From Candidatus Dormiibacterota bacterium (GTDB lineage Bacteria; Chloroflexota; Dormibacteria; Aeolococcales; Aeolococcaceae): 64,000 bases of DNA. The notes under the pieces are model-generated. The model saw only the letters and a program-made list of their open reading frames with translations, was not told where the DNA came from and did not search any database. The stretch covers positions 2,016,001 through 2,080,000 of the forward strand of contig OY970355.1 in NCBI GenBank assembly GCA_963718525.1, in the 5' to 3' direction. The position numbers were made by a program, and so were the translations under genes. Within the stretch, counting starts at the first letter, position 1; each line of letters begins with the position of its first letter. This document shows positions 1 through 9,624 of this stretch, one piece after another.

Positions 1-1
1 C

Positions 2-643
2 GCGAATCTCCTCCCCGATGTCGCCGGCCTCGACACGATCGAACTCGGGTGCGGCACCGGCTATGTGTCGGCGTGGCTGGCGCGTCGTGGCGCGCGGGCG
101 CTCGGGATCGACATCTCCGAGAACCAGCTGGCCACCGCACGCGAGCTTCAGGATGCGCACGACATCCATTTCCCGCTGATCCAGTGCAGCGCCGAAGCGG
201 TGCCTCTCGCGGACGCCTCGTTCGATCTGGCGATCAGCGAATATGGAGCGGCGATCTGGTGCGACCCGTACCGATGGATTCCGGAGGCGGCTCGCCTGCT
301 CCGGCCGGGCGGGCGCCTGATCTTCCTCGGCAACGGCGCGCTGCTCGTGCTCGCGATGACGGACTCCGACGCCGAGGGATCCGCGGGGACCACGCTCCGG
401 CGCGACTACTTCGGGATGCATCGATTCGAGTGGTTCGATGACCACAGCGTTGAATTCCATCTCAATCACGGCGACTGGATCCGTCTCCTCCGAGGCTCGG
501 GTTTCGAGATCGAGGACCTCGTCGAGCTCTGCCCAGCAAGCGATGCGACCACCCGCTACCCGCACGTCACTCTGGAGTGGGCGAGACGATGGCCGTCAGA
601 GGAAGTCTGGGTTGCCCGACGTCTCGATAGACTCGGAGCGTGA
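2..643 (+). CDS. Class I SAM-dependent methyltransferase (5' end outside window)
   Basis: Frame is open from base 2; motif I IELGCGTG, then GIDIS, AEAVPLADASFD and ARLLRPGG. Confidence 0.9.
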   Translation, partial: ANLLPDVAGLDTIELGCGTGYVSAWLARRGARALGIDISENQLATARELQDAHDIHFPLIQCSAEAVPLADASFDLAISEYGAAIWCDPYRWIPEAARLLRPGGRLIFLGNGALLVLAMTDSDAEGSAGTTLRRDYFGMHRFEWFDDHSVEFHLNHGDWIRLLRGSGFEIEDLVELCPASDATTRYPHVTLEWARRWPSEEVWVARRLDRLGA

Positions 644-1305
644 ATGACGAACGCTGGGACGCGGTCGACCACTACACCACCGGTCTCCTGCAAGCCGCCG
701 ACCCAGTGCTCGAGGCGGCGATCAAGGCCAGCGCTGATCTGCCGAACATCTCGGTGTCGGCTGCGCAAGCGCAGTTCCTCCAGCTTCTGGCGCGCGCCAT
801 CCATGCGCGCCGGATCCTCGAGGTCGGCACCCTCGGCGGCTACAGCGCAATCTGGCTCGCGCGGGCGCTGCCGGAGGGCGGACGCCTCATCAGCCTCGAG
901 CTCGACGAGCACCACGCCGAGGTGGCCCGCGGCAACATCGCGATGGCCGGACTCGACGACAAGGTCGAGGTGCGCATCGGCCCCGCTCTCGACAGCCTCG
1001 CGAAGCTCAAGGCCGGCAACACCGCGCCATTCGACCTCACCTTCATCGACGCCGACAAACGCAATACGCCCGAATACTTCAGCGCCGCCGTCGACCTGTC
1101 GCATGTCGGCAGTCTGGTCGTGGTCGACAACGTCGTCCGCCAGGGGAAGCTGATCGACGCCGGAAGCGACGATCCGGATACGGTCGGCATGCGCCGTCTC
1201 CTCGAGCAGATGGGCGCGGACCGCCGCATCGCACCGGCGATGATTCAGACGGTCGAAGTCAAGGGCTGGGACGGGTTGGCGTTCGCCCTGGTGGTCGGAT
1301 CCTAG
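640..1305 (+). CDS. O-methyltransferase (COMT/CCoAOMT family 3)
   Basis: ILEVGTLGGYS, FIDADK and VVDNV motifs; GTGA overlap with upstream gene. Confidence 0.92.
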   Translation: MNDERWDAVDHYTTGLLQAADPVLEAAIKASADLPNISVSAAQAQFLQLLARAIHARRILEVGTLGGYSAIWLARALPEGGRLISLELDEHHAEVARGNIAMAGLDDKVEVRIGPALDSLAKLKAGNTAPFDLTFIDADKRNTPEYFSAAVDLSHVGSLVVVDNVVRQGKLIDAGSDDPDTVGMRRLLEQMGADRRIAPAMIQTVEVKGWDGLAFALVVGS

Positions 1306-3101
1306 ACGGGGAGCAGGGTTCCCGGCGAACTGAGCGCAGCGGCGGTGCGCTGCGCCGCGGTGGTCGCAACGTCGAGCGGCACAGCGCCGCCGTGCAGCAG
1401 CGCTTCCGCGTGCGATAACCACGACGGATCGTCGGCCAACGCGGCAGCCGCCGGCTCCCCTCCCAGCCGGCTGACGTATCGCGCTGCGATCCAGCCGAGT
1501 CGCCCGCTCCCCGTATCGGCAGCGAAGTGGTTGGCCTGCTCCGCGAGCCGCGCGCCGATGGCAAGCACGGCCATGCGACGGGCGATGCGACGCAAGGGGA
1601 GCTGACGTGCGTCAGCGTCCTCGATGGTCGACAGCGTCTGCAGCTGAGCCTGGACGTGTTGCAGCGCATCCATGAGCACACCACCCAACGGCGCAGCGAC
1701 GCCACCCGCCGTGACCCCCTCAGCGCGGCGTTCGGTATCGGCGAGGTAGCCGGGGAGGGCGCCGTGCTCGATCGCGCGTTGGACGTCGAGCGCGATCACG
1801 TTGCCCGATCCTTCCCAGATCGCGTGCACGTACACATCGCGCAGCAGCCGCGCATCCGGCCAATCCTCGATGAACCCGTTGCCGCCTCGGACCTCCATGG
1901 CCTCGGTCGCACAGATGCGCGCCCGTTCGGTGCCGTGCATCTTGAAGAGCGGTGTCAGGAGTCGCAGCGCCGCTGCAGCTTCGCGATCCTCCGCATCGGC
2001 ACGGTCGGAGAGCTCTGCAACCCCCATCGCGGCGGTGAGCCCGGCGACCGAATCGACGACGAGCTCCGCGAGCGTGTCGCGCATCAATGGATGCACGTCG
2101 AGGCGGCGCCCGAACGTCGATCGCTCTCGCGTGTGCGTCAGCGCCTCGAAGGCATTCCGCCGCATCGCGCCTGCGGTGGCGGTCGCGATGCCGATCCGGG
2201 TGGCGTTCACCATGCCCATCATCTGGGGCAGCCCGCGTTCGAGGTTGCCCACCTGCCAGGCGAACGCGTCGCGCAGGCCCACCTCCGCTGAAGCCATCGC
2301 GTGTGTCCCGAACTTCTCCTTGAGGCGATGGATGAAGAAGGTGTTGCGCGTCCCGTCATCGCGCAGGCGAGGCATCAGGAAGAGTCCCAGCCCGCTCGGT
2401 CCGGGCGGAGCGCCGACCGGTCGCGCGAGCACGAGGATCAGATCGCTGTGCGCGCAGCTCGCGAACCACTTCTCGCCGGAGAGGCGCCAGGAGCCGTCAC
2501 CGGCCGCAGTGGCGACTGTCTCGTTGGCGCCGACGTCCGATCCCCCGGCCTTCTCGGTGAGAAACATGGCGACGGTCAGATGCTTGCCGGTGTCATCGAT
2601 GATGCCGGGCAGGAATCGCGCGGCCAGCGCCGGGTCGTTGCGTTCGAGGCATCGAGCTGCCGCGTCCATCATGCCGATGGGGCATCCCGTCACGGCCTGG
2701 TCCGACTCGAGCAGCAGCGAGAGCATCGCGGTGACCATGCTTCGCGACGCGCGTTCGTGCAGTCCGCGCCAACCGGGTGCATAGGCCGCTCGCACTGCGC
2801 CAAAGCCGAGCACTGTCGACTCGAGCTGCTTGTATGCAGGGTGGAACTCGATCTCGTCGATCCGCTCGCCGCGCGCGTTGTATGAGCGCAGCACCGGAGG
2901 ATGCCGGTCGGCAGCACGCGCGAGCGGCTCGATGATCTGCGGCACGAGCGTGCCGAGCTCGCGGAGCGCTCCGTCCGCGACCGGCCATGCGACCTCGCCG
3001 ACCGTGCGTCGCGTCAGCCAGCGCAGGTGCTCGTCGGGCAGATACCAGTCGGCGGTGTCTGCTGCCGGGATGTACCGCACCCCGGGATCAGAGGGCAGCA
3101 T
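1302..3101 (-). CDS. Acyl-CoA dehydrogenase (AidB-like long form)
   Basis: FLTEKAGGSD, GEKWFAS, RLKEKFG, GGNGFIE and IWEGSGNV motifs. Confidence 0.9.
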   Translation of the reverse strand: MLPSDPGVRYIPAADTADWYLPDEHLRWLTRRTVGEVAWPVADGALRELGTLVPQIIEPLARAADRHPPVLRSYNARGERIDEIEFHPAYKQLESTVLGFGAVRAAYAPGWRGLHERASRSMVTAMLSLLLESDQAVTGCPIGMMDAAARCLERNDPALAARFLPGIIDDTGKHLTVAMFLTEKAGGSDVGANETVATAAGDGSWRLSGEKWFASCAHSDLILVLARPVGAPPGPSGLGLFLMPRLRDDGTRNTFFIHRLKEKFGTHAMASAEVGLRDAFAWQVGNLERGLPQMMGMVNATRIGIATATAGAMRRNAFEALTHTRERSTFGRRLDVHPLMRDTLAELVVDSVAGLTAAMGVAELSDRADAEDREAAAALRLLTPLFKMHGTERARICATEAMEVRGGNGFIEDWPDARLLRDVYVHAIWEGSGNVIALDVQRAIEHGALPGYLADTERRAEGVTAGGVAAPLGGVLMDALQHVQAQLQTLSTIEDADARQLPLRRIARRMAVLAIGARLAEQANHFAADTGSGRLGWIAARYVSRLGGEPAAAALADDPSWLSHAEALLHGGAVPLDVATTAAQRTAAALSSPGTLLPV

Positions 3102-3128
3102 CCAGATCACGATAGCGCGCTGCGGGGA

Positions 3129-3923
3129 TCACCACAGGCCGCGTGCTTCGAAAACCTTCTTCAGGATGCGCGGACGGTCGGTCATGATGCCGTCGACGCC
3201 GAGATCGAGGAGGAATTCCATCTCCGCCTCGTCGTCGACGGTCCACACGTGAACAGGGAGCCCCGAGCGATGCGCCGCTCGCACGAAGCGCCTGTCGATT
3301 CGAAGCCTGCCCCAACGCTGCGGCACCTGAAGGCAGTCGGCATGGAATCCGGGCATCCTTCCGACCCGCGACGCGGCGTATGCCGTTGCCGACGCGACCT
3401 GACCCATCGATGAGCAGATCCGGCCGCCGGCGAGCGCCCGGATGCGCGCCACGCGGCGGTCGGAGAACGAGCCGATGCAGACACGATTGAAGGCGTCGAG
3501 GCGGGTCACGAGCTCCACCAGGGGCACCACCGTGTTGTCCGCCTTGGCGTCGATGTTCAGGTAGACGTCGTCCCAGCGCGTGAGCAGCTCCTCGAGCGTC
3601 GGGACCACCACGCCCGTGCCGCGAAACGGGAAGGAAAGGCCACCGTCGAGGCTGAAGGTGTGCCCGGCGTCGGCCTCCCGAACCTCGGCGAGGGACAGGT
3701 CGCCGATGCTTCCCACCCGATCGGTGAGGCGTTCGAGGCTGCTGTCGTGGAAGGCCAGGAGCACGCCGTCCCGGGTCAGATGGACATCGGTTTCGAGGTA
3801 GCGGTAGCCCAGGGAAACAGCGGCCTGGAACGCGGGCAGCGTGTTCTCGGGCGCCTCGCCTCCGCCGCCGCGATGGGCGAACGCGATCGTGGTCGATCCG
3901 TTGAGAAACGCGCGCTGCACCAT
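3129..3923 (-). CDS. Glycerophosphodiester phosphodiesterase
   Basis: AHRGG, PENT, ETDVHLTRDG, HD and VWTVD...DGIMTDRP. Confidence 0.93.
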   Translation of the reverse strand: MVQRAFLNGSTTIAFAHRGGGGEAPENTLPAFQAAVSLGYRYLETDVHLTRDGVLLAFHDSSLERLTDRVGSIGDLSLAEVREADAGHTFSLDGGLSFPFRGTGVVVPTLEELLTRWDDVYLNIDAKADNTVVPLVELVTRLDAFNRVCIGSFSDRRVARIRALAGGRICSSMGQVASATAYAASRVGRMPGFHADCLQVPQRWGRLRIDRRFVRAAHRSGLPVHVWTVDDEAEMEFLLDLGVDGIMTDRPRILKKVFEARGLW

Positions 3924-3953
3924 GGACGTGGCGGTCAGGGTAGCTGTAAGTCC

Positions 3954-4745
3954 CTACCGCAGCCAGGTTCCGGCGCCGGACATCGCGTTGAAGAGTGGGC
4001 GCTGGGCGCGGCCGTCCGCAACGCACACCGCTCCAACTCCGCGACTTCGAGCCTCCGCGCTGGCGCGCAGCTTGACCCTGGCCCGGCCACCGATGGCCGG
4101 GATCAGCTGCTCGGCCTCGTGGGTCGAGAGCCGTCCGATCAGGCTCGTCTCGTCAGCAGGGTCTCGGAGGAGGCCGGGTGTGTCGGCGAAGATGATCAGC
4201 AGCGTCGCGCCGAGTGCGACGGCGATCTCGGCGGCGAGCCGGTCACCGTCGACGTTGATTGCGGTCCCGTCCTCGGCGGCGATCGGCGGGCAGATCACGG
4301 GCGTCACCCCGGCCGCAAGGAGCTTGCCGAGGAGCACCGAGTCGACAGCATCGATGCTGCCCACGTGGTTGTCGTGGAGCACCTTGGTCCGGCCGTTCTC
4401 GTGGATACGCAACGACGATCGACGCCTGCCTCTGACAACTCCGCCGTCGAGGCCGCAGAACCCGAAGGCATTGACTCCGAGCTGACGCAGGCGTTCGACG
4501 ATCCGCTTGTTCGCCCGGCCGGCGTAGGCCATCAGGAAGTGATCCATGGTCGTCGCGTCGGTGAACCGGCTCACGTCGCCCCGCTCCAACTCGACCATTC
4601 GCGGCGGGCTCCCAAGCCGGGCCGAGAGGTCGTCGAGATCTCGGCTCGCCCCGTGCACCACGATGGTCTGCTCCGTGGTCACCGCGATGTCCTCGAGGAG
4701 CGGGTCGAGCCGGCGGACACTCCCGCCGATCTTCACGACGATCAT
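3954..4745 (-). CDS. lysZ: [LysW]-aminoadipate kinase
   Basis: MIVVKIGGS, VHGA and NVDGD amino-acid kinase motifs; ATG overlaps the lysY stop; operon context. Confidence 0.9.
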   Translation of the reverse strand: MIVVKIGGSVRRLDPLLEDIAVTTEQTIVVHGASRDLDDLSARLGSPPRMVELERGDVSRFTDATTMDHFLMAYAGRANKRIVERLRQLGVNAFGFCGLDGGVVRGRRRSSLRIHENGRTKVLHDNHVGSIDAVDSVLLGKLLAAGVTPVICPPIAAEDGTAINVDGDRLAAEIAVALGATLLIIFADTPGLLRDPADETSLIGRLSTHEAEQLIPAIGGRARVKLRASAEARSRGVGAVCVADGRAQRPLFNAMSGAGTWLR

Positions 4746-5791
4746 CAGATCGGGTACAGGCCGCCGAATTCGAGCCCGACCGTCTCGGGGAACCCGTGGC
4801 GAATGTTGCAGGCCTGCACAGCCTGGCCGGCTGATCCCTTGACGAGATTGTCGAGCGCCGCGGTGACGACGACGCGGCGGGAATGCTCGTCGCGCTCGAA
4901 GCCGACATCGCAATAGTTCGTCCCGCTCAGCAGCTTGGGTGACGGGGAGCGATGCAGGCCCGTGTGCGACTTGACGATCCGGACGAACGGCTCACCACCG
5001 TAGCGTGATCGATAGAGGCGCCAGAGCTCGCGATCGTCGAGATCGGAGCTGATGAACGCGTGAGCGGTCACGAGCACACCCCGGACCGCTTCGACGGCGG
5101 TTGCGGAGAAGGCGACAGCCTGGCTCGTGGAATCGATGTGCAGCTCCTGGGCGATCTCGGCGGTGTGCCGGTGCCCGGTGGGCTGGTACGAGCGGATCTC
5201 CCCGCTGCGGTGCGCGTGGTGGGTCGCGTCGCTTGCCTGCGCACCACCCGCCGAGGAACCGACCTTCGCCTCAACGACGAGCGGGAGGGAGCTATCGATG
5301 AGGCCGGCGCACGCCAGCGGGGCAAGGCCGAGGATCGACGCCGTCGCGAGGCATCCCCCGATGGCGATGAGCGATGCCGTCGCGATCTCGGCACGGTGCA
5401 GCTCCGCGAGGCCGTAGACCGCAGCATCGAGCAGCGCCGGCGACGGGTGGGTCCAGCCGTACCAGCGCGGATAGTCATCGGCATCGCGAAGCCGGAAGTC
5501 GGCGCCGAGGTCGATCACGACCGGTGCGGCCGCACGCAGCGCATCGATGGCGGCGCTCGACTCGCCGTGGTGCATCGCGGCGAACACGACGTCCACATCA
5601 GCCAGCGTCTCGCGTCGCGAGAACCGCAGCTCGGTGCGGCCGCGCAGCGGCGGGTGAGCGCCCGCGACCGGCTTGCCAGCCAGCCGCTCGGAGGTCACCT
5701 GAACGACGTCGATCTCAGGGTGGCCGGCGAGCAGGCGCAGCAGCTCGCCGCCTGCGTACCCGGCTCCTCCGACGACCGACGCCCGGATCAT
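4745..5791 (-). CDS. lysY: [LysW]-aminoadipyl-phosphate reductase (ArgC family)
   Basis: GGAGYAGGEL, GC(L)AT catalytic Cys, HRH and DNLVKGSAGQA. Confidence 0.92.
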   Translation of the reverse strand: MIRASVVGGAGYAGGELLRLLAGHPEIDVVQVTSERLAGKPVAGAHPPLRGRTELRFSRRETLADVDVVFAAMHHGESSAAIDALRAAAPVVIDLGADFRLRDADDYPRWYGWTHPSPALLDAAVYGLAELHRAEIATASLIAIGGCLATASILGLAPLACAGLIDSSLPLVVEAKVGSSAGGAQASDATHHAHRSGEIRSYQPTGHRHTAEIAQELHIDSTSQAVAFSATAVEAVRGVLVTAHAFISSDLDDRELWRLYRSRYGGEPFVRIVKSHTGLHRSPSPKLLSGTNYCDVGFERDEHSRRVVVTAALDNLVKGSAGQAVQACNIRHGFPETVGLEFGGLYPI

Positions 5792-6855
5792 CCGCTGCCC
5801 AGGACAAGCTCGAGCACCGCGACCGCGCGCTCCAGCTCCGCGATCGACACGTGCTCGCCCGGGGTGTGGTCGAGCCGGGAATCGCCGGGTCCGTACGCCA
5901 CGGCCTGGCATCCCCAGGCGGGCACCAGGATGTTCAGGTCGGAGGTTCCTGTCTTGACCTTGAACCGCGGCGATCCCTGCTGGATGCGGATGGCGCGGAC
6001 AAAGTTGCGTGCAAGGGGGCTGCCCCGGTCGGTGCGAACCCCGGGCTCGCTGCCGAGGACGGCCAGGGCGGCCGCGGGCGAGGACGATCGGGCCGTCTCG
6101 ATGAGGGCGTCGACATCGCAGGCGGGCGGCGTCCTGACGCCGACATCGACGCTCGCTCGATCGGTGAGCCCGTCGCTGGATGAGTTGAAACCCAGCACGC
6201 GTACGTCGATACGGTCGAAGACGCCTGCGTCACCGCTGATCGTCGCGGCACGGTCCTGCAACCCCCGGACGAGATCGAAGCAGCGGTCGGGCGCGCTCGG
6301 TTCGCGACCTGCACCGTGGGCCTGCGGCTGATCGACGGTGGCGCGAAGCCGCAGGCTCCCCTTGTATCCGATGGTGACGGCATCCCACCCGCTCGGCTCG
6401 AGGATGACCAGGGAGGACGGTGCGGGCATCGATGCGGCCAGGTGCCGCGCCCCGCGCGAGGAGGTCTCCTCTGCAACGGCTCCGATGATCAGGTAGCGGC
6501 GCGCGCTGTCGTGTGGCCGGCGGCTGACGGCGGCGATCGCGGCGGCGAGCGGTCCCTTGGCGTCCACAGCGCCCCGACCGTGGAGCAGGTCACCGTCGCG
6601 GCGGACATCGATGTGTCCGGGGACGGTATCGATGTGCCCGACCAGCGCGATCGTCTCTGGGCCATCGCCCCAAGCGGCGACGACGTTGCCCACGGCGTCG
6701 ACCTCGACGTCGAACCCGGCGCGAAGCAGTCGCGAGACCAGCAGCGATGCCATCGCGTCCTCCGCACCGCTGGAACTCGGGACCGACAGCATCGCGGTGA
6801 GCAACTCGGCCACATCCACTCGCGCACTGGTCGCAACGCTCGCTCCGCTCGCCAT
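5788..6855 (-). CDS. lysK: [LysW]-lysine hydrolase (M20 family)
   Basis: GHIDTV, GRGAVDAKG, EET, KTGTSD and YGPGDSRLDHTP. Confidence 0.92.
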   Translation of the reverse strand: MASGASVATSARVDVAELLTAMLSVPSSSGAEDAMASLLVSRLLRAGFDVEVDAVGNVVAAWGDGPETIALVGHIDTVPGHIDVRRDGDLLHGRGAVDAKGPLAAAIAAVSRRPHDSARRYLIIGAVAEETSSRGARHLAASMPAPSSLVILEPSGWDAVTIGYKGSLRLRATVDQPQAHGAGREPSAPDRCFDLVRGLQDRAATISGDAGVFDRIDVRVLGFNSSSDGLTDRASVDVGVRTPPACDVDALIETARSSSPAAALAVLGSEPGVRTDRGSPLARNFVRAIRIQQGSPRFKVKTGTSDLNILVPAWGCQAVAYGPGDSRLDHTPGEHVSIAELERAVAVLELVLGSG

Positions 6856-6856
6856 C

Positions 6857-7717
6857 TCAGCCCGCGACCCCGACGGGGGCTCCGAGCGCCACCGCCCGCA
6901 CATGGTCGGCGACGTATCCGGGGATGTCGACACCGGTCACATCGATCGAGTTCTTGAACTCCATGGTCGCGTTGACCTCGCTGACCACCAGTCGGTTCCG
7001 GTCCTCGAGCAGATCCACGGCGAGCACGCCGCCGCCTACCGCCGCTGCGGCTCGCAACGACAGCATGCGCAGGGTTGTGTCGACGGGACAGTCGCGAGTG
7101 GTTGCCCCCCGCGCAGTGTTGGTGACCCAGTGCTCGGATTCGCGATAGATCGCGCAGATGACCTCGTCGCCCACGACGAAGGCGCGGATGTCGCGCCCCG
7201 GCTTGTCGATGTGTCGCTGCAGGTAGAAGACCGAATGCTCCGGACCGCCGAGCATCGCCTTGTGCTCGAACAGCGCCTCGGCCGCGTCGCGGTCGTTGAC
7301 CTTTGCGAGCAGCCGGCCCCACGAGCCCGTGACCGGCTTGATCACCACCGGGTAGCCCAGGTCTTCCGCTGCACGCAGCGCAGCGTCTGGAGTGAAGGCA
7401 ACAACCGTCTCGGGCGTGGGAATGCCCGCGGCTTCAAGGGCGGCCGAGGTGTCCAGCTTGCTGGCGCACACGGCGGTGACCGCGTGACGGTTCACGGTCG
7501 GAACGTTCCACGACTCGAGCACCCTGGTGATGGCGAGCCCGCGCGTCTGCGAGATGCTTCGCTCGAGCACCGCGTCCCAACGGCGCGCCGGCTGTGCGAG
7601 GGTGAAGGCGAGCTCACGATCGTCGACGATCTCGACATCCATGCCTCGGTGCACGAGCGCGTCGCGCAGCAACTTCTCCTCGACGCGCACCCGTGAACAC
7701 AGCAGCCCGATCAACAT
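6857..7717 (-). CDS. lysX: Alpha-aminoadipate--LysW ligase (ATP-grasp)
   Basis: RVEEK, KPVTGSWGRL, HWVTNTARG (LysX-type) and EVNATMEFKN. Confidence 0.94.
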   Translation of the reverse strand: MLIGLLCSRVRVEEKLLRDALVHRGMDVEIVDDRELAFTLAQPARRWDAVLERSISQTRGLAITRVLESWNVPTVNRHAVTAVCASKLDTSAALEAAGIPTPETVVAFTPDAALRAAEDLGYPVVIKPVTGSWGRLLAKVNDRDAAEALFEHKAMLGGPEHSVFYLQRHIDKPGRDIRAFVVGDEVICAIYRESEHWVTNTARGATTRDCPVDTTLRMLSLRAAAAVGGGVLAVDLLEDRNRLVVSEVNATMEFKNSIDVTGVDIPGYVADHVRAVALGAPVGVAG

Positions 7718-7721
7718 CCGT

Positions 7722-7880
7722 TCACTCTCCCCAGTCGACCTCTTCGGGCGGGGCGAGCACGAAGCGGGGAGGATCGAGCCCGACGACCTCGAGCTCCGCG
7801 TTGCATTCGGGACAGGTCACGATCTCACCCCGCTCCACGCTGTCGTCCACCGCGACCCGCGCATCGCATTCAGGACACAC
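7722..7880 (-). CDS. lysW: Amino-group carrier protein LysW, 52 aa (missing from ORF track)
   Basis: Hand translation [52 protein letters not shown]; two CPEC motifs, DWGE end, GAGGAGG RBS. Confidence 0.95.
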   Translation of the reverse strand: MCPECDARVAVDDSVERGEIVTCPECNAELEVVGLDPPRFVLAPPEEVDWGE

Positions 7881-8379
7881 GCCGTTCCTCCTCGAGGGCG
7901 GCCCATCCGCCCCGCCGGATCAGGTCGACCAGTGAGCCGGCTTCGATGATTTGCAGCGCGACGCCGGATGGCGGCTCGCCCTGCAGCGTGCTCGTCGCCG
8001 TCGTGATCAGCCCTGTCATCGCGTTGACCGTGACCTCGTCGCCGTCGTGCAGCACGCGGTGTGCCTCCGCACAGCGAATCACCGGCAGCCCGATGTTCAC
8101 CGCGTTGCGATAGAAGATGCGCGCGAAGCTCGCCGCGACGACAGCCGCCACGCCGTTGCGCTTGATGGACAGCGGCGCATGTTCACGAGAGCTCCCGCAG
8201 CCGAAGTTGCGCCCGGCCACGATGACGTCACCGGGTTGGACGGTCTCCACGAAGTCCGGACGCGCCTCGATGAGGCAGCTGCGCCGCAGCGCATCGGGGT
8301 CGGTGGTGACGTTGTAGCGGCCGGGCATGATCGCGTCGGTGCTGACCCCGTCGCCGAGGAGGAAGACGCGCCCGCTCAC
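7870..8379 (-). CDS. Homoaconitase small subunit (LeuD-like)
   Basis: [21 protein letters not shown] and [14 protein letters not shown]. Confidence 0.9.
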   Translation of the reverse strand: MSGRVFLLGDGVSTDAIMPGRYNVTTDPDALRRSCLIEARPDFVETVQPGDVIVAGRNFGCGSSREHAPLSIKRNGVAAVVAASFARIFYRNAVNIGLPVIRCAEAHRVLHDGDEVTVNAMTGLITTATSTLQGEPPSGVALQIIEAGSLVDLIRRGGWAALEEERRVS

Positions 8380-9614
8380 GAGGCCGCGTCCAGCGTGGCG
8401 GGGTCGGTGATCACGCCCGCGAGTGCCGACGCGGCCGCGACCGCCGGCGATGCCAGGAAGATCTGCGCATCCGGGCTGCCCATGCGGCCCGGGTAGTTGC
8501 GGTTGCTCGTCGAGAGCACGCGCTCGCCCGGACCGACGACACCGTGCTGCCGGCCCAGGCAGGGACCGCATCCGGGGTTGAGCACCAGTGCGCCGGCGCG
8601 CGCGAAGGTCTCGATGTACCCCGCGCTCAGCGCCTCCAGGTACACCCCTCGCGACGCGGGCACGACGATGGTTCGCGTCCCCGGATGCACCGTGTGCCCC
8701 GACAGTATCGAGGCGGCGATGGCGAGGTCAGTGAGCCGCCCATTGGTGCAGCTGCCGATGAAGACCTCGTCGAGTGGTGTGCCCGCGACGTCGTCGATGT
8801 CATGGACGTTGTCGATGCTCGGGTGCACGGCCACCTGCGGTCGAAGGCGTTCCGCATCGACCACGAGCGTTCGCGCGTAGTCGGGGCGGACCGGGTGCAG
8901 GTCGACATCCTCGCCGCATGAGTGCGCGAGGGTGATCGCATCCGGCTCGATGATCCCCGTCTTGGCACCGAAGTCGGTGCTCAGGTTGCACAGGGTCAAC
9001 CGCTCATCCACGCTCATCGCCGCGACGGCGTCACCGCCCCACTCAACCGCGCAGTAGTCGGCTCCATCGGCACCCATCTGCGCGATGACGTGGAGCGCCA
9101 GGTCCTTCGCGTACACGCCCCTCGGCAGCGCGCCGCGCACCTCGATGCGGACAGTCTCGGGGATCCTGAACCAGGTCTTGCCGGTCGCGAAGACCACGCC
9201 GATGTCGGTGGATCCGAGGCCGGTCGCGAAACATCCGAGACCACCGTACGTCGTGCTGTGCGAGTTGGCGCCGACCACGATGCCACCGGGTCGGGCGAGC
9301 CTGCGATCCACCATGACCTGGTGACAGATTCCCTCTGCGAAGAGATTCGTGATCGCGTGCTCGACGCAGAACTCGCGGATGACGCGATGGAGTTCCGCGG
9401 CGGCCACGGTGTTGGCAGGCATCACGTGATCGAAGTTGAAGACGATGCGGCTCGCGTCCCAGAGCGGCAGATCGAGGCTTCTGAAGGCGTCGATGGCGAG
9501 CGGGCCGGTGACGTCGTGCGCCATCGCAACGTCCACCTCGGCGATGACCGTGTCACCCGCGTGCACCTGACGTCCCAGGCGGCGGCCGAACAATTCCTCG
9601 GTGATGGTTCCCAT
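8376..9614 (-). CDS. Homoaconitase large subunit (LeuC-like)
   Basis: GICHQ, IGSCTNGR, GCGPCLG and SNRNYPGRMG. Confidence 0.92.
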   Translation of the reverse strand: MGTITEELFGRRLGRQVHAGDTVIAEVDVAMAHDVTGPLAIDAFRSLDLPLWDASRIVFNFDHVMPANTVAAAELHRVIREFCVEHAITNLFAEGICHQVMVDRRLARPGGIVVGANSHSTTYGGLGCFATGLGSTDIGVVFATGKTWFRIPETVRIEVRGALPRGVYAKDLALHVIAQMGADGADYCAVEWGGDAVAAMSVDERLTLCNLSTDFGAKTGIIEPDAITLAHSCGEDVDLHPVRPDYARTLVVDAERLRPQVAVHPSIDNVHDIDDVAGTPLDEVFIGSCTNGRLTDLAIAASILSGHTVHPGTRTIVVPASRGVYLEALSAGYIETFARAGALVLNPGCGPCLGRQHGVVGPGERVLSTSNRNYPGRMGSPDAQIFLASPAVAAASALAGVITDPATLDAAS

Positions 9615-9624
9615 ATCGGTTCCT

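Noticed and set aside
5060-6331. Long antisense and alternate-frame ORFs (also 16640-18028, 27050-28294, 34505-36523)
   Set aside because: Shadows of well-supported genes in high-GC DNA; no motifs.
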